Shown: in pieces, positions 49,882 to 59,787 of the stretch
Numbering within the stretch: position 1 is the stretch's first letter
Layout: each line of letters opens with the position of its first letter
Origin: Candidatus Nitrosomirales archaeon
GTDB taxonomy: Archaea; Thermoproteota; Nitrososphaeria; Nitrososphaerales; UBA213
Reading direction: 5' to 3'
DNA length: 64,000 nt
Assembly: GCA_049199595.1 (NCBI GenBank)
Contig: JBMCYV010000001.1
Coordinates: 46,778 to 110,777, forward strand
The notes under the pieces: generated by a model
What the model was told of the DNA's origin: nothing
Database searches by the model: none
The model's input: only the letters and a program-made list of their open reading frames with translations
Position numbers and translations under genes: made by a program

Positions 49882-51018
49882 ATGAAACGTGATGACAAGG
49901 ACGTTAGTGAAGAGCCAAAGTCAGAAAGCAAGGTATTCACTCTTGAGGAAAGAGAAGAGATAGCGTTGAGCGAAGTAGAGAGCATGATGGACAGAGAAAT
50001 TCAGGACGCTATGCCTGAAACACCTGCAATAGATCTTACTGACATAGAAGCATGGATTAACACTGAACCGATATCTCTTGAGGACCAGAAAGGAAAGGTG
50101 ATCATGCTCGCTTTCTGGGCATATACTGACATATTCTGCCTGAGATCAATACCCATAGAACGCAAATTGTTCAAGAAATACGAGCAGTATGGCTTCAAGA
50201 TTATAAGTATACATTGTGCAGAGTATGAGTTTGCCAAAGATCTTTCGAACGTTAGGAAGGCTGTCGCAAAATACAAGATCGACTTCCCTGCTGCGGCCGA
50301 TAAGGAAAATAAAACCTGGCAGACCTATGGCAATATGTACATTCCAAAACATGTCCTGATCGACTCTACTGGAATGATTAGATATGAAATCGCGGGTTAT
50401 AGCAATATACGCGATTATGAGGTGCCGATATACGGATTACTTAGAGAAGCTGGCCAGCATCCTCCACCATACTTTGAAGATGAAGAACTCAAGGATGAGA
50501 TTTACGATATCTATGGGAGTCATTACTTGGGCACAACCGTACAAACTTGGGAAAGCTTGATACATCCTGTTTCTGTGGGATATGCAAGGACCAAACAATT
50601 TGGAAATTCTCAATGGGCAGAACGCGACAAGATAAATGAATTCAACGACTCTGGCCATCATCTTGACAAAGTTGTCTATCTTCGTGGAAAATGGTTCTGG
50701 GACAAAGAATGCGTAAGATTTGCAGGGAAGGCTGGTGACAATGCAGGAATCGTGATACCGTACAGCGCTAGAAGAGCAAATGCGATCCTAGGCACCCAAG
50801 ATGGTAAATCAGGAACCGTTGAGGTGAGTATTGATGGAAAATATGTGACAGAAAAATATTTTGGAAGCGATCTTAAAATCAAGGATGGAGTGAGTTATGC
50901 GGACATTCAATGGACTCACGTTCATAATCTCATAAAGACCGAAGAAGCAGAGACCCACGAAATAGAGATAATACCAAAAACGGAAAATATTGTATTTTAT
51001 GCATTCTTGTTTAGTTGA
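49882..51018 (+). CDS. Redoxin-domain protein with a DipZ-like C-terminal domain
   Basis: WINTEP..KGKVIMLAFWAYTDIFC and a C-terminal YAFLFS. Confidence 0.8.
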   Translation: MKRDDKDVSEEPKSESKVFTLEEREEIALSEVESMMDREIQDAMPETPAIDLTDIEAWINTEPISLEDQKGKVIMLAFWAYTDIFCLRSIPIERKLFKKYEQYGFKIISIHCAEYEFAKDLSNVRKAVAKYKIDFPAAADKENKTWQTYGNMYIPKHVLIDSTGMIRYEIAGYSNIRDYEVPIYGLLREAGQHPPPYFEDEELKDEIYDIYGSHYLGTTVQTWESLIHPVSVGYARTKQFGNSQWAERDKINEFNDSGHHLDKVVYLRGKWFWDKECVRFAGKAGDNAGIVIPYSARRANAILGTQDGKSGTVEVSIDGKYVTEKYFGSDLKIKDGVSYADIQWTHVHNLIKTEEAETHEIEIIPKTENIVFYAFLFS

Positions 51019-51135
51019 ACAGCATTGCATATATTTCCGAACTCCCAAAATATCATGATTTGAAAATTGTTGTCAGAATTGCGCAGAACAAGAATCAGGA
51101 AACGTTTATTTTGCACGTGATATTAATTCAGTTTA

Positions 51136-51786
51136 TTGACGAAGTTCACGGAGGAACAGATTAGATACGTACTAATGAATGTTAAAGACCCAGAAATCGA
51201 CTGTAACATTGTAGACCTTGGTTTGGTGTATGGAATTGGTGTTAATGAAAACAACGATGTGGATCTCAAGATTACGCTTACTAGCTTAGGCTGCCCTTTG
51301 ACTGAAACTCTGGTTAGAGACGTTAACAAAACTCTTGGGGCTATGCAAGGAATAGGAAAGATTGATGTTAAAATTGTTTGGGATCCTCCATGGACGCCAG
51401 AACGCATGACAGAGGAGGGTAAAAAGAAACTCGACTTACTTAGAAGCAGTGAAGCGCTGCGATTTATGATCGATTATGAAAAGACAAAGATCTTCAAGCA
51501 AGGAACCTCAGTGGTACTGAAAGACGGTTCTATAGAACTGCTTAATCCTGAGAATAAAAACTATGGAATAAACCAAGCACTTTTTGATCTGTGGTCTATA
51601 TGTGACGGGACAAAAACTGTCAACGAACTTATAGATATTTGCACAAAAAAATTGAATCTGCAAAGGGTAGATATGGAAAGAGATGTTGTTACATTGATCC
51701 AGCAGCTAATGGCTGTTGGTTTGATCAGGACTGAAACTCCGCCACCTGCTGATGAAATAAATACGTCAGAATCTAGTGTTCGATAG
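51136..51786 (+). CDS. DUF59 (SufT-like Fe-S assembly) domain fused to a PqqD-like domain
   Basis: VKDPEI..NIVDLGLVY, TLTSLGCP, WDPPWTPERM and LWSICDGTKTVNEL. Confidence 0.85.
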   Translation: MTKFTEEQIRYVLMNVKDPEIDCNIVDLGLVYGIGVNENNDVDLKITLTSLGCPLTETLVRDVNKTLGAMQGIGKIDVKIVWDPPWTPERMTEEGKKKLDLLRSSEALRFMIDYEKTKIFKQGTSVVLKDGSIELLNPENKNYGINQALFDLWSICDGTKTVNELIDICTKKLNLQRVDMERDVVTLIQQLMAVGLIRTETPPPADEINTSESSVR

Positions 51787-52507
51787 GACAATCGTTGGGA
51801 TCATTATCAGGGCTCTCGGCCTGTATCCATTTTTGGACTTTCTCGAATGGTTCAATGAATCCAGGTCTTACATTAAGCTCCTTGAGGTCCTTGTTTACCA
51901 GCTCTATGGTTGATCTTGACAGCACCTTGTAAAACTCGACTTCACTTTTATGGTTAATCAAAGTGCAAAATGTTGGGCCCCACCTACCTATGTGATCCTT
52001 GAGAAACTTCTTGCGCGCTTCTAAGCAAACATTAGCCTTGTCTTCCCAAGCCTCATTCTTGGCATATGCTTCTTTGATCATCAAGGTAGCCATAAAATCG
52101 AGTTCGATGCTGACGTGATCTGCCCTCTCGCCCTGTGAATCTTTTCCTAGTTCGACCTCAAATGCCCTGTAAAACCCGTTTAGATCTGCAAGTTCTTTGG
52201 TCTTCGCAAAGATAGTATCCATGGCATATTCTGTCTCATACATCGGTATCAGGATAGTTTCCCCAACGCCAAACAAGCGGTCATACTCTTCCCCCAATCC
52301 CGCCAAGGAGTGCGCCTCAATACTCTGATCTAGTGCATTGCTGATCGAACGTTCGAACCCAGGTACTGCACTTTCATTCTCTTTTCTTGCGGCCAAAAAT
52401 GATGTTATAGATGTTAACCAGTTCTTGTCAGGATACATGAAACCGTATGCCGCGAGCTGATAAGATCTTGCTCCTTCCAATAATCCTTCAAGTTCGCCTA
52501 CTTGCAA
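51773..52507 (-). CDS. TorD/DmsD/NarJ-family molybdoenzyme chaperone
   Basis: EEYDRLF, YETEY, ERADHVSIELDFM and FLKDHIGRW. A TTG start just after the gamma-subunit stop was chosen. Confidence 0.9.
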   Translation of the reverse strand: MQVGELEGLLEGARSYQLAAYGFMYPDKNWLTSITSFLAARKENESAVPGFERSISNALDQSIEAHSLAGLGEEYDRLFGVGETILIPMYETEYAMDTIFAKTKELADLNGFYRAFEVELGKDSQGERADHVSIELDFMATLMIKEAYAKNEAWEDKANVCLEARKKFLKDHIGRWGPTFCTLINHKSEVEFYKVLSRSTIELVNKDLKELNVRPGFIEPFEKVQKWIQAESPDNDPNDCPIEH

Positions 52508-52511
52508 AGTT

Positions 52512-53669
52512 TCACTTTGTAATCGTTGGCGCTGCCTTTCGTCTTGATGCGTAGAATATCGCAGCCGCAACCACAGCACCGACGCCAATAATGATAGCAG
52601 GTATCAACATGCCTGAACCTCCTCCATCGCCACCTCCGCCACCGGTAGTAGTTCCGGGAGTGGTTCCGTCTCCACCTCCGTTACCTGCTGGAATCCCCGA
52701 GCCTCCTTCTATCGCAAGAGTATGCCATAGTGCTACTGCCTTTCTACCATTAACTTCTCTATTTCCTCCATCCCATACCGCTACAGCCATATCCGTATTC
52801 TTTCCTGCATGGAACTGTGCATCGGTAGGGTCTTCGGTCAACATGGACCTTGCTATCACGACCTTCCACATTCCGTTGTCATACATACCCTTTCCAAACG
52901 AGTCCTGATGCTGCTGACTAGTCAAAGTTCCAAAGCCCTCTGCCACCAGCTCTTCTATAGGTGTCTGCCTAGGAGCGTCTCTCGTTGAGAACGAATTACC
53001 TGCAGCATAGCCAGGTAGATACATCTTGCTTACATCTTCAACAGGAACCCGAGGGTTTTGTGGATCGTTATAACCACCTTCTACGCCCTGAAATCGTCCG
53101 TTACCTTGTGCAGCTAGATCCTTATCTCCTACGTAAAAGTCATAAGCCATGTTAGGATATGCGTCTTGGCGATCCAAGTATCGTCCCATGTCTACATCTT
53201 TTTGCCAGTCTGCTTTCCAGTGCAAAATATTAACTGGCGTACCCGGACCTCCCATCGCTATGAAGGTCTTTGCATCAGTCACTGGGAATACTACAGCGAT
53301 AGCATCTCTAAACTGATTTGTGTTAAGAGCCATGAAAGATTCTGACGGATCAGACCATTCCAGCATCCATCCTATCCATGTACCATTGTTAACTGATCTA
53401 ACATTAACAGAGCTTACGGTAGGATTGAACAAAATAGGTATTGTAATATTTTGACCCATTACCTTGAACTCCGTTGCTGGTGCTTTATCCCACAGTGATG
53501 CCGTAGGATCTACAGGCAGATCTCCGTCTATCGCTATTGATGTTATCTTGGGTCCATCTCCTCCGCTAAAAGTTCCTAGAATTTGAGCTTGGACAACAAT
53601 AGGTGAGAGAATTAGAATACCTGCTAGAACAATCGGCCCTAATAGAACCGTTCTTGTTGTGAGCCCCAT
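52512..53669 (-). CDS. EbdC/NxrC-like heme-b gamma subunit with a C-terminal membrane anchor
   Basis: Sec-type signal, LEWSDP, FRDAIAV, candidate Met ligand in IAMGG, AVAVWDGGNREVNGRK (candidate Lys ligand), Gly-rich linker and TM helix. Confidence 0.85.
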   Translation of the reverse strand: MGLTTRTVLLGPIVLAGILILSPIVVQAQILGTFSGGDGPKITSIAIDGDLPVDPTASLWDKAPATEFKVMGQNITIPILFNPTVSSVNVRSVNNGTWIGWMLEWSDPSESFMALNTNQFRDAIAVVFPVTDAKTFIAMGGPGTPVNILHWKADWQKDVDMGRYLDRQDAYPNMAYDFYVGDKDLAAQGNGRFQGVEGGYNDPQNPRVPVEDVSKMYLPGYAAGNSFSTRDAPRQTPIEELVAEGFGTLTSQQHQDSFGKGMYDNGMWKVVIARSMLTEDPTDAQFHAGKNTDMAVAVWDGGNREVNGRKAVALWHTLAIEGGSGIPAGNGGGDGTTPGTTTGGGGGDGGGSGMLIPAIIIGVGAVVAAAIFYASRRKAAPTITK

Positions 53670-53678
53670 CTAATCACC

Positions 53679-54812
53679 CTATGATGTGTTGTGTCTGAAG
53701 CTTGGTCTTATGATGAAAGGCTCCATGATAGGAACTCTTATGATTTCATGCCCCGCCATGTCATACCCAATAGCATCCTTTTCGGTAACTCTGAAACGTT
53801 CAATGATCTTCTGCGTAGTTCCAAATAATTGCAGTACCCCTAGCGTTTCATGATCGGGTTCTGTGTAGTTCTTGATGGCAGTATCTACTCCAGGGCCAAA
53901 CATCTGATCCTGATAGGATTTTGGCACCCAGCGCGGCGGTATGTAGTAAATGTTTCCTTCACAACCGTACTGTGGATAAAGTGGCAACGCAATCTTCGCA
54001 ATGTGTGCAAGATAGTCCATTGGGCTGTCAGGAATTGCTTCATCAGGGGGCTTGATCCAACCCTGCAGTCTTATCTTTCCAACACAAGCAGCTATACACC
54101 TTGTGATTATTCCTTGTTCAACTCTGGGATAGCAAGCGATGCACTTTTCGCTTACTCTTGTTACTGGATTGTACAATGATTTTCCATAAGGACAGCCTGT
54201 TACACATTCTCTGTACCCTCTGCAGCGGCCCTGGTCAATTAGCACAATACCATCTTCAGGACGCTTGTATATGGCCTTCCTCGGACATACTGAACCACAT
54301 GAAGGATAGGTGCAGTGATTACAGATTCTCTGCAAGTAGTGGAAGAAATTCACGTGGTATGGAGCCTCTGGATCCTCCAAGTCAGCATGAGATGAGAATA
54401 CCTCGCCATCCTTAAGCGTAGATGCACCCACGTCTTGATACCAGTTGGGGAACCTCCAGTCCTCTTCTGGCTTGATGACACCAAGGACCTGTTTGCCCTC
54501 TGGTGCAGCTTCGTATATCGTCTTGCCCTTGTAAACACCGTTCGTCCAAGTCTGACCATCACCTAACAGCTTTAGTATCTGGATATCCCAAAAGTGCGGA
54601 TAGCCACCATAAGGCTTTGTTTCGACGTTGTTCCACCACATGTGCTCCTGACCCTTGCTAAACGTCCATGTGGACTTGCATGCCATCGTACAGGTCTGGC
54701 AGCCTATGCAGCGGTTTATGTTGAATACTGCGGCAAATTGTTTCTTTGGTCTTACACCCTCAAATGGGTAGAACATTTCCCGCCCAATATGCCAGTTATA
54801 TACCATTGGCAT
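53679..54812 (-). CDS. nxrB: NxrB/NarH-like Fe-S beta subunit
   Basis: VYNWHIGREM..FNINRCIGCQTCTMACKSTW..WWNNVETKPYGGYP, RICNHCTYPSC and EKCIACYPR. Confidence 0.85.
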   Translation of the reverse strand: MPMVYNWHIGREMFYPFEGVRPKKQFAAVFNINRCIGCQTCTMACKSTWTFSKGQEHMWWNNVETKPYGGYPHFWDIQILKLLGDGQTWTNGVYKGKTIYEAAPEGKQVLGVIKPEEDWRFPNWYQDVGASTLKDGEVFSSHADLEDPEAPYHVNFFHYLQRICNHCTYPSCGSVCPRKAIYKRPEDGIVLIDQGRCRGYRECVTGCPYGKSLYNPVTRVSEKCIACYPRVEQGIITRCIAACVGKIRLQGWIKPPDEAIPDSPMDYLAHIAKIALPLYPQYGCEGNIYYIPPRWVPKSYQDQMFGPGVDTAIKNYTEPDHETLGVLQLFGTTQKIIERFRVTEKDAIGYDMAGHEIIRVPIMEPFIIRPSFRHNTS

Positions 54813-57800
54813 CTATTTTCTCAACCCCTGTATCTGAACGAACTGTCCCCTCAAATACTTTTTCATGTCATCATTTTCATAGCCCGGAGTGTATCCAGTC
54901 TGTACTGGATCCCACATACCTACGCCGCCTATTCCACCATTCTCTGCCTTTGTTATCTTCACTAGTGTTTCCTTTGGACACGTATTAGGCGCATGAGTAT
55001 CATATTCATATCCTTCAGCTATCTTCCATCCCCATAGATCCTTTCTTGCTATAGTGTCAGTCATCAGAGTAGGCTGCAGATATGCCCTCGTAAGTGCCTG
55101 ATGACTACCATACCTGAACTTTGCCTGATATCCCGTATCTGCGGATTTTGCTAACCCATCTGCTCTGGTCTCGTGTGCCTTTACTGATTTGTGAGAAGCC
55201 ATCCATGCTGAGTGCTTCATCATTGTTACATGCTTTGGATACCCTGGATTGAACGTAACACGCAGCATGAGTCTAGCAACTTTATAGTCTTCGGTTCCTT
55301 CCTTCCATCCAATGTAAGGTCTGTCTACTGGATTAGCATCAAGGTGTACATAATCGCCGTCGTTTATTCCAAGTTCCTTTGCAGCATCAGGATTAATGTG
55401 CAGCTGATGCTCACCGATACCTGGAGTTCTTTTATCATGTCTCAATGGATCACCATAGTTGTTCTCCCAAATAAGCAGCCAGTCTGCGACACCCCATGAT
55501 GAGTGAACCGTGTAACGAGACTTTGGTGTCAAGACGTAGAACCTGTATCCTTGCTCCCACAGCGGACTAACAGTATTCTTCACCTTGTCCCAACCCATCT
55601 TTATGTTCCTAACCTGTATCTCATCCATGTCGGTAGAGGCAGGTGATATACCATAATCATCGGGTCTTATCCATGGATGCTCAGCAACAATCACATTAGG
55701 AAGATGTGGAGTCGCCTCCGGTGGTTCCCTGAAGACTACCATGTTCTCTCCATACTCTATGAACTCGGGCTCGTCCCTATACAACTCCAGTCTTCCGCTC
55801 TTGTTATAGAACGGCTTGCTTTCGTTGATCTCTTCCCACCCTGGAACTCTCGGATACGTTCTGTACATCACGAACCAACCAACATCCGAGTCTAAGATGT
55901 CATTTACGTTATAGCCTCTAAGATTGACTGCAGCGTCAAACACTCGCTGGATGTAAACCTCACTTCTATCCTCCTTAATAAATTTCCAGTAGTCATTAAA
56001 TCTCTGGTCTCCTGTTAGCTCTGCGAGTTTATCAGAGACCATAGCGTAAATCTCGTTATCTCCTACCGTGTTGAAGAGTGGAGGAATACCACCTCTCCAT
56101 ATGAATACAAATGGATTCGAGTTTGATGTAGCCCACTCAGGTTGTGAGATCTCTACCCATGAGGATACAGGGAACACAACATCAGCATATTCACAGCTAC
56201 CAGTCCACTCCCAGTCGTTGTAAATAATCATCTCCTCGTGTGGATATTGGTTGAACAAAACATTGTAAGCCCACTTTGAGTTGTTAAACGTGTTTGCGTT
56301 TACGTGCCACTCGACCTTCGTTGGTGCTGGCATGTGAGTTTTTCCTGTGAACACCTTTCTTCCATATTTTGGCGTATTGACAACCAGCGGCCCCTCTGTC
56401 TGTCCCGTAGTTACTGACGAATAGTTCCAGTACTGTATCTCTTCCTTGTGGGCGTACCTGTGTACCTTGATTTCCCTACCGTCAACTGTTGGATCTAGTG
56501 TTATGTTGAAGGGATCTTCGACAACCCAAGGTGCAAATCCCGTACCTACAGATGATGTTCTATATGTGCCAGCCCAGTGACCATAGTTTGCTCCTGGTTT
56601 TCCGACATTACCTGTTAATGCTAAAACCATCCAAAGAACTCTATCCTTCTGATCATTGTGGAAGTAGTGGTTTGTGCCTTCACCAGTGTGGATCTGGACA
56701 GGCTTTATGGTGCCAAAGTCCCTAGCAAGTCTTGGGATTAGATGTGCTGGAGTTCCACTCATCTCTGCTGTTTTATCAACATCATACTCTGAACAAAGCT
56801 CTTTGTATAATTGGAATACTGTCTTGACATCGATCTCTTTGCCGTCTACTAACTTCACCTTGAACGTACCCTCTAATGCTGGGTCAACGCCAAGTTTATC
56901 AAACCATGCACCGACATCATCCCTAGTGACCACTGCAGGCTTGTTGGTTACTCTGTCCCAAACAACGCGGTCGCCCCACTTCTCCCTTAATTCCGGCAAT
57001 ATAACTTGAGGACCGAGGTTCTCAAGTGTCTTGTTCTTATAGCCTTTAATTATGTCGCTTGCATGCAGGAGCTTTAGTGTGTCTCCTCTAACAAGCAACG
57101 GGAAGTCTGTGAACCTCTTGACGAATGGTTCATCGTAAAGTTTCTCCTGAATTATTACATTGCAAATTCCCATGAATAAAGCCACATCAGATCCTGGACG
57201 GACAGTCAACCAATAATTAGCCTTTGACGCGGATGGACTCATCTCGGGTGACACTACGACTATCTTGCCACCTCTTTCGATTATTTCAGTCATCCAGTGC
57301 GCTTCGGGCATCTTGTTCTCAATAAAGTTCTTACCAACAAGTACATACAATTTAGCATTTCTGTGATCAGAAAATTCTGGGTCAAATGTCTGTATTCCAG
57401 TTACCAGAGGAGTGCCTGGGTCAAGGTCGCCGTGCCAAGTATAGTTCGACCAGTATCTTGCTCCTCTAGCTTGCTCAGGTGGAACACCACGTATGTGTTG
57501 ATCAAGCAAAGCCATAACGTTGGCGGTTCTAATATGCCCTATCTTTGCAGAACCGCCCAGCATTGGCATGCCTGGACGGAACTTGAATGTCTGAACACCA
57601 GCTATTGTATCCGTCTCTGTTGGGTGGTGTATCGCCCAATTACCTTTCATTGACTCTATCATTTCTTCCGGATAACCTTCTTCTCTGAGTCGTTGAGCTC
57701 CTTCCTCTCCAGAATATTTCTTGGCTACATGCAAAAGTGTCCTTGCAACTACTTCAGCTGCTTCCTCATACGTCATCTTCACCCACGAATCTTTACCCCT

Positions 57801-58301
57801 TTGGAAATATTTCTCTTGATTCTCTGGCTGTCTTGGATCGGGATAACCTGCATTGACCCAATCAAGCCAGCCTTTTCGCACCATAGGTGCTTTAATTCTG
57901 TAAGGACCATAAACACGTCTAGTGATAGCGTAACCCTTTAGGCAACCTCTAGGATTCCATGCAGCTGTTGCAACGTTTCCATAAACATCTCTGTACTTTT
58001 GATGATCATAAGACTGCTCAACTCTTGTAATAATTCCGTTTCTTACAGCAGCTGTCAACCTGCAGTTGTGAGTATCATTTGGCGTACAGTTAAAACGGAA
58101 TTCACGGTCAAATCTGTAAATATTTCTATAAACTTCTTCCCAACTTCTATCAGGATAAGACTCGATTGGATTCTGAACTTTGGTAGCTTTTGTTGGCTCG
58201 AAGAGTTTCAAACCAGAGCTCGCGCCTGTACCGAGAGCTGCTAGTCCAACACCAGATGCACCAGCAATTTTCAGGAAGTCTCTTCTAGTAACTTCCATCA
58301 A
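54813..58301 (-). CDS. nxrA: Tat-exported Mo-bisPGD alpha subunit, periplasmic NXR/nitrate-reductase type
   Basis: TRRDFLK Tat motif, FS0 CTPNDTHNC..NPRGCLKG, WSNYTWHGD Mo-ligand Asp, KNFIENKMPEAHW and TPKSRYTVHSSW. Confidence 0.85.
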   Translation of the reverse strand: MMEVTRRDFLKIAGASGVGLAALGTGASSGLKLFEPTKATKVQNPIESYPDRSWEEVYRNIYRFDREFRFNCTPNDTHNCRLTAAVRNGIITRVEQSYDHQKYRDVYGNVATAAWNPRGCLKGYAITRRVYGPYRIKAPMVRKGWLDWVNAGYPDPRQPENQEKYFQRGKDSWVKMTYEEAAEVVARTLLHVAKKYSGEEGAQRLREEGYPEEMIESMKGNWAIHHPTETDTIAGVQTFKFRPGMPMLGGSAKIGHIRTANVMALLDQHIRGVPPEQARGARYWSNYTWHGDLDPGTPLVTGIQTFDPEFSDHRNAKLYVLVGKNFIENKMPEAHWMTEIIERGGKIVVVSPEMSPSASKANYWLTVRPGSDVALFMGICNVIIQEKLYDEPFVKRFTDFPLLVRGDTLKLLHASDIIKGYKNKTLENLGPQVILPELREKWGDRVVWDRVTNKPAVVTRDDVGAWFDKLGVDPALEGTFKVKLVDGKEIDVKTVFQLYKELCSEYDVDKTAEMSGTPAHLIPRLARDFGTIKPVQIHTGEGTNHYFHNDQKDRVLWMVLALTGNVGKPGANYGHWAGTYRTSSVGTGFAPWVVEDPFNITLDPTVDGREIKVHRYAHKEEIQYWNYSSVTTGQTEGPLVVNTPKYGRKVFTGKTHMPAPTKVEWHVNANTFNNSKWAYNVLFNQYPHEEMIIYNDWEWTGSCEYADVVFPVSSWVEISQPEWATSNSNPFVFIWRGGIPPLFNTVGDNEIYAMVSDKLAELTGDQRFNDYWKFIKEDRSEVYIQRVFDAAVNLRGYNVNDILDSDVGWFVMYRTYPRVPGWEEINESKPFYNKSGRLELYRDEPEFIEYGENMVVFREPPEATPHLPNVIVAEHPWIRPDDYGISPASTDMDEIQVRNIKMGWDKVKNTVSPLWEQGYRFYVLTPKSRYTVHSSWGVADWLLIWENNYGDPLRHDKRTPGIGEHQLHINPDAAKELGINDGDYVHLDANPVDRPYIGWKEGTEDYKVARLMLRVTFNPGYPKHVTMMKHSAWMASHKSVKAHETRADGLAKSADTGYQAKFRYGSHQALTRAYLQPTLMTDTIARKDLWGWKIAEGYEYDTHAPNTCPKETLVKITKAENGGIGGVGMWDPVQTGYTPGYENDDMKKYLRGQFVQIQGLRK

Positions 58302-58610
58302 TAGAGATTATCCCTTGCCATATACCCTACGTCCTCATCAGGTTATTCGAATGGCAAATATATAAATTTTTTATAACGCTGTTTTTTCTGTATTCATTTG
58401 TAGCTTTCAAACTCCTGTTTATGATCCTATTTTGCAATAATTATAAATCACGTTCAAATATTTGCACTTGAGTATTTATAGTGAAAATACGCACGGATTA
58501 GGCTGCTTAGTACGCTGATGATCCTGAAATCATGGTTTATCACACGAACCTACAATCTAGAGATCGCAATGGATATAAGTAACAAAGGACGAAATTAAAA
58601 TAGAAGTTGC

Positions 58611-58919
58611 ATGGTCACAGAAATGATTCCTCTTTTTGTCATGGGAATGGAGTGGATATGGTTGATTGTCATAGGTGGTATAGTGATCTTTGGAGCCAAG
58701 AAGATACCAGAACTTGCCAGATCTTTGGGAAAGGCTCAAGGTGAATTCGAGAAAGGCAAGATCCAAGGTACTAAAGAAGCAAAGGAGCTGCTGAATTCTT
58801 CAGACGATCATTCGAAACTCGTAAAGGCGGCCGAGTCATTGGGGTTAGAAACTGAAGGGTTAAGTGATCAACAGCTGAAGGACGCCATAAGCAAAGCAAC
58901 ATCAAAACCAGGAAACTGA
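58611..58919 (+). CDS. tatA: Twin-arginine translocase TatA
   Basis: GMEW..IFGAKKIPELARSLGKAQGEFEKG, divergent from nxrA. Confidence 0.9.
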   Translation: MVTEMIPLFVMGMEWIWLIVIGGIVIFGAKKIPELARSLGKAQGEFEKGKIQGTKEAKELLNSSDDHSKLVKAAESLGLETEGLSDQQLKDAISKATSKPGN

Positions 58920-59132
58920 TTTATCGAAAGTAATCAAGTTCAAGGGAGTTCCTAGGAATGACTTTGTTCTTAAAACACACACTAACGTATTATGTTTTAT
59001 CAAAAATGATGTTGGCACGCGTTCAAGATTTACTCTTCGTTATCCAATGCCCCATAACTACTTTCAAAAGATACGTTCTCGTCAGTGATCTTCACTAGGC
59101 CGCTAATACCGGTTAGTCCTTTAATAAGATGC

Positions 59133-59681
59133 TTACGAGCTTTTTTCTGGTCTTATGTTAATGTCAGTGCTACAATACGAACAGTATACGAGCTCAAGTC
59201 CGCCAGTCTTCATTTCCTCGCCGTTTATAGATACCATTGCATAAAATTCCGTCCAATCAGCCTCAGCTTCAGTTTCTCCTTTCATTAGATCGCTAGGTAT
59301 CACATCTACTGAGCACTCGAATCTAGCTGCTGTTTTAACGGTAACGGAAGTTGTACATGTACCAACTGATACATCTGGAGTTATTGGAGCTGTCCACAGG
59401 TGATCCACTGCTTGATGAGCATCTTCAAACATATCTGTGTCCATAAACTCTACAGAGATGTTATACTTACCATCTTCGTATATGTATCCTATCAAAGTCA
59501 AAGTAGTTGTCTGACCCTCTTCCACTACATTTGGACTAGCGACAACGTAAGCATAAGAGTCCACCGCATTGGCCGAAATCAGCGTAGTTGAAAATCCCAG
59601 CATAGAAATCACTGAAATGCCGAACAACACCTTTACAATCTTCCCTATGCGCGTCTTACCCAACCCATGATTCTGTATCAT
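59133..59681 (-). CDS. Hypothetical secreted protein
   Basis: Signal-like N-terminus and a C-terminal CSYC. Confidence 0.55.
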   Translation of the reverse strand: MIQNHGLGKTRIGKIVKVLFGISVISMLGFSTTLISANAVDSYAYVVASPNVVEEGQTTTLTLIGYIYEDGKYNISVEFMDTDMFEDAHQAVDHLWTAPITPDVSVGTCTTSVTVKTAARFECSVDVIPSDLMKGETEAEADWTEFYAMVSINGEEMKTGGLELVYCSYCSTDINIRPEKSS

Positions 59682-59787
59682 GTTACTGCCTGCACTACCG
59701 AGTTGGTACTAGATAAATTTTTACTTTTAGACCTCTGCAAGAAATCATGTCTAAACTAACTAGTGAACTAGCATCCGATTCTAACTG

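Noticed and set aside
54813-58301. Calling the alpha subunit canonical cytoplasmic NarG
   Set aside because: It has a Tat signal and a Cys/Asp FS0 motif, and there is no NarI. The features fit the periplasmic NXR-like clade.
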